A DNA stretch of 12,150 nucleotides from Octopus sinensis (Eukaryota): NCBI RefSeq assembly GCF_006345805.1, contig NW_021826681.1:1-12150 (forward strand), written 5' to 3'. A program made the translations under genes and the position numbers. Of this stretch, positions 7,829-12,150 are shown in pieces. Every line of letters starts with the position of its first letter. Position 1 is the first letter of the stretch. The notes beneath the pieces are model-generated. The model was not told the origin of the DNA, searched no databases, and saw only the letters and a list, made by a program, of their open reading frames with translations.

Positions 7829-8255
7829 TACTCTTTACTTTACTCTTTTACTTGTTTCAGTCATTGACTGCGGCCATGCTGGAGAACCGCCTTTAGTCGA
7901 GCAAATCGACCCCGGCACTTATTCTTTGTAACCCAGTACTTATTCTATCGGTCTCTTGGGCCGGAACCCCTAAGTGACGGGGACGTAAACACTCCAGCAT
8001 CGGTTGTCAAGCAATGATAGGGGGACAAACACAGACACACACACACACACATATATATATGTGTGTATATATATATATATATATTATATATATATATATA
8101 CATATATATACGACAGGCTTCTTTCAGTTTCCGTCTACCAAATCCACTCACAAGGCATTGGTCGGCCCGAGGCTATAGCAGAAGACACTTGCCCAAAATG
8201 CTACGCAGTGGGACTGAACCTGGAACCATGCTGGTTAGCAAGCTACTTACCACAC
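7829..8255 (-). mobile_element. Near full-length bipartite tRNA-derived SINE with internal (CA)/(TA) linker
   Basis: Minus strand GTGTGGTAAGTAGCTTGC...GGTTCAGTCCCACTGCG (B box)...TTTTGGGCAAGTGTC (CORE-like)...GACTGAAACAAGTAAAAGAG tail; homologous to 10963-11358. Confidence 0.92.
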
Positions 8256-8423
8256 TATTAATTAAAATCTTAGGGTAGCAAGAATATTCATCGAAAAATT
8301 CTTAGTTACTAGTGGTCTAGCGAGAAAAAAAAATTGGTGGCTTGGAGTTTTAACTGCTCTTTCTAGCGAGTCAGATATCCTATTCTTCGGGTATCTCTTT
8401 GTGTTTGAACGTACACTGTATTC

Positions 8424-8473
<50 letters not shown>

Positions 8474-8569
8474 TATATATATATAATATATATATATATA
8501 TGTATATATAATATATATATATGTATATATATAAATAATAATAATAATATAATAATAATAATAATAATA
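8424..8569. repeat. Compound (CT)n-(TA)n-(AAT)n microsatellite
   Basis: Direct reading. Confidence 0.95.
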
Positions 8570-8823
8570 GGGAGTATAATTCCAAACTTACAGGGAAAAA
8601 TTCAATTTAGTATTAAATCAAATTTCACAATATAAATAGGATTATATATCTGTTCATGTATGTACATTTTAACGTTGTCTATTTATTAAGTATATACTGT
8701 TTATTATTATGTACTTTATTATGATCTATGTAAATGTTTTATGGTATATTTTATTTTTTCTATATGGTATGATTTACGTCTATCATTGCTTGAATTACAT
8801 AACAGTGTTTTTTCTTTAATATG

Positions 8824-8855
<32 letters not shown>

Positions 8856-8864
8856 TGTATGTAT

Positions 8865-9032
8865 AGGAAGAGTTACGAAAAAAAAACAAACGACGAAGAC
8901 AGGTGGTGTACAAAACAAACAAATGTGTTAGTATAACGCTCAGGATAGAAAAAAGTCTTTTACATCGAGCCTACGCACTTCTACAGAAAAGGACTCAGAA
9001 AAAACAAGGAGAGAAAAAATGTGTCTAGTGGT
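8865..9032 (-). mobile_element. Probable Penelope-like pLTR fragment between (TATG)n and (TA)n arrays
   Basis: Contains the decayed HHR at 8954-8995, followed on the minus strand by a T-rich tail; it resembles an Octopus repeat I recall. Confidence 0.5.
8954..8995 (-). ncRNA. Decayed minimal hammerhead ribozyme relic
   Basis: Minus strand AGTC(CT)TTT-CTGTAGA-A-GTGC GTAG GCTC-GATGTA-AAAGACT. Stems I and II and the motif order are preserved, but the core has A6>U and GAAACGTA is reduced to GATGTA. Confidence 0.5.
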
Positions 9033-9079
9033 TATATATATATATATGTATATATGTATATATATATATATATATAGAT

Positions 9080-9133
<54 letters not shown>

Positions 9134-9552
9134 TATATACATACATGAATGCGATTTTTGCAGCATGTACAGCATTGGGCCTTACAATCAAGTTGAAAAG
9201 AAACAACTGTTCTAATGTACCAGCCTACTGCTTCTAAGCTTTATGGGAACCTTCTATAACTGTGAATGGTCAAAGGCTGGAAGTTGTAACTAAATTAATT
9301 TATTTAGGAAATACTTTGAACACTGCTGGCTTGATGATGAAATTTCTTATAGAATCAGCAAGGCTAGTAGTGCTTTTGGTAGGCTTGACAAGCGACTCTG
9401 GTCACACCATAGTTTATCTTTCCAAATTAAAGTTAGGGCTTATGAAACATGCGTCCTGCCATTTTTGCTATATGGAAATGAGACCTGAGTTGGTTATCGT
9501 AAGGATTTAAGGCAGCTGGAACGATATCATCAATTTTGTCTTGAGGAAATTC

Positions 9553-9998
9553 TTAGTTAGTTGGTTAGTTAGTTAATTTTTGGCTCAAAACGCAAAAAGC
9601 AAGGCCATGTAGGGGGACATGGAGTTATGTACAGGGTGGTGTTCATGTAAAGAGTTCAGGCCACTTGAGGTCAAGGGAGACTTTGAACAAAACGGTCGTC
9701 GGCATCTTGACCATCTCGTCTGGCAGCTTGACCATCTCGTCTGGCAGCTTCACCATCTCGTCTGGCAGCTTCACCATCTCGTCTGGCAGCATCACCATCT
9801 CGTCTGGCAGCTTCACCATCTCGTCTGGCAGCTTCACCATCTCGTCTGGCAGCTTGTTCCACGGATCGCAACCCGGACGGAGGAGAAAGACCCTCTCCTT
9901 CGATGAGATGAAATCGTCGCGCAGATAGAGCTTTTCGGAATGACCCGCAGCCGACGCTCTGGGCAGGAGTGAAGAACAACTCTTTCGAGAGGTTACAC
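9553..9998 (-). mobile_element. 3' end of a CR1/L2-group LINE with (TAAC)n tail
   Basis: Minus strand ELFFTPA..GHSEKLYLRRFHL..WNKLPDEMVKMPTTVLFKVSLDLKWPELFT* (CR1 RGH.KL / WN.LP / FK..LD motifs); 3' hairpin CCATGT-6-ACATGG (9605-9622); tail AATTAACTAACTAACCAACTAAC. Confidence 0.9.
9706..9856. repeat. 21-bp minisatellite x7 (ACCATCTCGTCTGGCAGCTTC/G; KLPDEMV in the CR1 frame)
   Basis: Units start at 9710, 9731, 9752, 9773, 9794, 9815 and 9836. Confidence 0.97.
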
Positions 9999-10748
9999 GA
10001 AAATGGCCATCAGTGATGTGGAGGTACTTGAGAGATGTGGTAGTAGAAGTGGAGAATAAATGATTCTACAAAGTCTTTTGAGGTAGGGTGGACATCTGGT
10101 AAGAATGAATGATGAAAGACTTCCCAAGCAACTTTTATATGGTGAACCAGAAGGTGGTAGGAGACCAGCACATAAACACAAAATGAGGTTCGAGGACTGC
10201 CTCAGAATTGCTCTGACATAGACAGAAATTTCAGTTGTTGATTGGGAGACGGAAGCACAAGACCGAAATGGATGGAGGAGAAGAGTGCACAGTGGTTGTT
10301 CGAGGTCTGAGGGAAAGAGAACGAAGCACGAGAAGATTAGGCGAAGGCTTAAAAAGAATGAACCTGCGGAGAATGAGGGAGTGTGTAGTTTGTTGGAAGA
10401 GGTGCTTGAGTCGTGCGGGTTAGGTCAGCCATCAGAGAAGTCATAGGAATCGGCCCATGGTGAATTGTGATAGGGCTAATGTTCATAACAGATCATGTGC
10501 AACATGTGGAAAGGTGTGCCTCCCAGTTTGAGGATTGAAAGGGAATGTCAGAAGAGTTCATACTGTGGCACCTGCTTCTTCTGCCAGCCAGCACGGCACA
10601 GCATTATATAATAGTATGCTCAAAATTTTCGCCGGGCTCAAAAGTCATACAAGTGCCTCACATTGCATCAACATTGACTGATTTTAGCGATTCTTTCTAG
10701 CAATGGCTTTGCTCGTTTACGAGAAAGCAGCTAAGATATAAATAAATA

Positions 10749-10962
10749 CATACATACATACATACATACATACATACATACATACATACATACATACATA
10801 CGTACATACATACATACATGCATACATACATATATAACATACATACATACGTACATACATACATACATACATACGTACATACATACATACATTAATACTA
10901 CATACATACATGCATACATACATGCATACATGCATAAATGCATGCATACCTACATACATACA
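10749..10962. repeat. (CATA)n microsatellite, probably the expanded RTE tail
   Basis: Direct reading; directly follows the RTE 3' UTR. Confidence 0.95.
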
Positions 10963-11358
10963 TAAGTAGCTTGCTTACCAGCCACATGGTTCCGGGTTCA
11001 GTCCCACTGCGTGGCATCTTGGGCAAGTGTCTTCTACTATAGCCCGGGCCGACCAAAGCCTTGTGAGTGGATTTGGTAGACGGAAACTGAAAGAAGCCTA
11101 TCGTATATATGTATATACATATGTGTGTGTGTGTGTGTGTGGGTGTGTATGTTTGTGTGTCTGTGTTTGTCCCCCAAACATCGCTTGACAACCGATGCTG
11201 GTGTGTTTACGTCGCCGCCACTTAGCGGTTCGGCAAAAGAGACCGATAGAATAAGTACTAGGCTTACAAAGAATAAGTCCTGGGGTCGATTTGCTCGACT
11301 AAAGGCGGTGCTCCAGCATGGCCGCAGTCAAATGACTGAAACAAGTAAAAGAGTAAAA
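10963..11358 (+). mobile_element. Bipartite tRNA-derived SINE, A box lost at the microsatellite junction
   Basis: B box GGTTCAGTCC 10995-11004; TCTTGGGCAAG; (TA)/(TG) linker; tail GAAACAAGTAAAAGAGTAAAA. Confidence 0.93.
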
Positions 11359-11367
11359 TAGTAATAT

Positions 11368-11569
11368 TCTTTTATTTTTTTTTTTACTTGTTTCAGTCAT
11401 TTGAGACTGCGGCTGTGCTGGGGCATCGCCCTTAGTCGAACAAGTTGACCTCAGGACATATTCTTTGGAATTTAGTTACAACTTCCAAACTTTGTAAGTT
11501 CTTATTCTATCGAATTATTTTGCCGAACCGCTATGTTACTGGGACGTAAACACACCAACATCGGTTGGA
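11368..11569 (-). mobile_element. 3' half of the bipartite SINE, tail-to-tail with the previous copy
   Basis: TTACTTGTTTCAGTCATT..CTGCGGC..TTAGTCGA..TTGCCGAACCGCTA..GGGACGTAAACACACCAACATCGGTTG. Confidence 0.88.
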
Positions 11570-11571
11570 AA

Positions 11572-11612
11572 TGGCTGACGACTAGCATCACGCTTGAAAC
11601 TCTAGAGTACCA
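11572..11612 (+). ncRNA. Minimal type I hammerhead ribozyme motif
   Basis: Stem I TGG 11572-11574 / CCA 11610-11612; canonical core CTGACGA 11575-11581; stem II AGC-ATCAC-GCT with a damaged closing pair; GAAA 11596-11599; 8-nt palindrome CTCTAGAG 11600-11607; GUA cleavage after 11609. Confidence 0.68.
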
Positions 11613-11705
11613 ACGAATTTGAATCAAACTCTTTGATTCATGCATGTAACACCCAATAAATTGTTGAGTGTCTGAGTGTCTTTCTATCGTTTGTCCACCC
11701 TCCCA

Positions 11706-11714
11706 TATATAAAA

Positions 11715-11754
<40 letters not shown>

Positions 11755-11807
11755 TAGATATATATATAATATATATATGTTATATATATGTATATATATA
11801 TATATAC

Positions 11808-11854
<47 letters not shown>

Positions 11855-11861
11855 GTATATA

Positions 11862-11923
<62 letters not shown>

Positions 11924-11944
11924 CTATATATTATAATATATATA

Positions 11945-11980
<36 letters not shown>
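11706..11980. repeat. (TA)n block followed by (AG)15
   Basis: Direct reading. Confidence 0.96.
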
Positions 11981-11984
<4 letters not shown>

Positions 11985-12111
11985 ATAATAAAAGAAACTT
12001 CTGGTACAATATTATATATTTAAAAACATGAACAAAGCTGGCTTTGGGGGGGATAATTTTTATTAAAATATATATTATCCTCAAAACAGCCATCTCAACT
12101 ATTTTTTTCAA

Positions 12112-12142
<31 letters not shown>

Positions 12143-12150
12143 TATATATA

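Larger units (their letters stand above)
9148..10748 (+). mobile_element. 5'-truncated decayed RTE (BovB-like) LINE with C-terminal C2H2 zinc fingers; split by a CR1 insertion at ~9553-9998
   Basis: FAACTALGLTIK..EPSITVNGQRLEVV..YLG..DDEISYRISKASSAFGRL..LLYGNET..LERYHQFCL | VEVLER..GHLVRMNDERLPKQLLYGE..DWETEAQDRNGWRR; CVVC..HQRSH; stop near 10679-10681; 3' hairpin 10706-10728; runs into the (CATA)n tail. Confidence 0.92.

Noticed and set aside
9706-9856. CRISPR-like regular repeats
   Set aside because: The units are contiguous with no unique spacers, lie in a eukaryotic LINE, and have no cas genes nearby

Overview
AT-rich eukaryotic window that is almost entirely repeat DNA. The SINE and LINE families match my recollection of Octopus (coleoid cephalopod) repeats; this is not a database result. 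No complete gene is present. Every ORF in the supplied track is a microsatellite, low-complexity, antisense or TE-derived frame. Contents: (1) a dense block of tRNA-derived SINEs at 1-1271, including a head-plus-trimer SINE with a perfect 18-bp TSD nested inside another SINE; (2) three different decayed RTE-clade LINE 3' ends, one split by a TTAA (piggyBac-type) MITE and one split by a CR1-type LINE and ending in C2H2 zinc fingers; (3) four copies of a bipartite SINE, large microsatellite blocks and two long inverted-repeat pairs; (4) one weak candidate host exon near 3.1 kb. The most interesting signal is three type-I hammerhead-ribozyme (HHR) motifs of the kind carried by Penelope-like elements and retrozymes: 7416-7551 (+), 8954-8995 (-, decayed) and 11572-11612 (+). 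A ~250-bp inverted copy (5617-5870) begins within 1 nt of the predicted self-cleavage site of the first motif, which suggests that a ribozyme-cut RNA was reverse-transcribed and reinserted.
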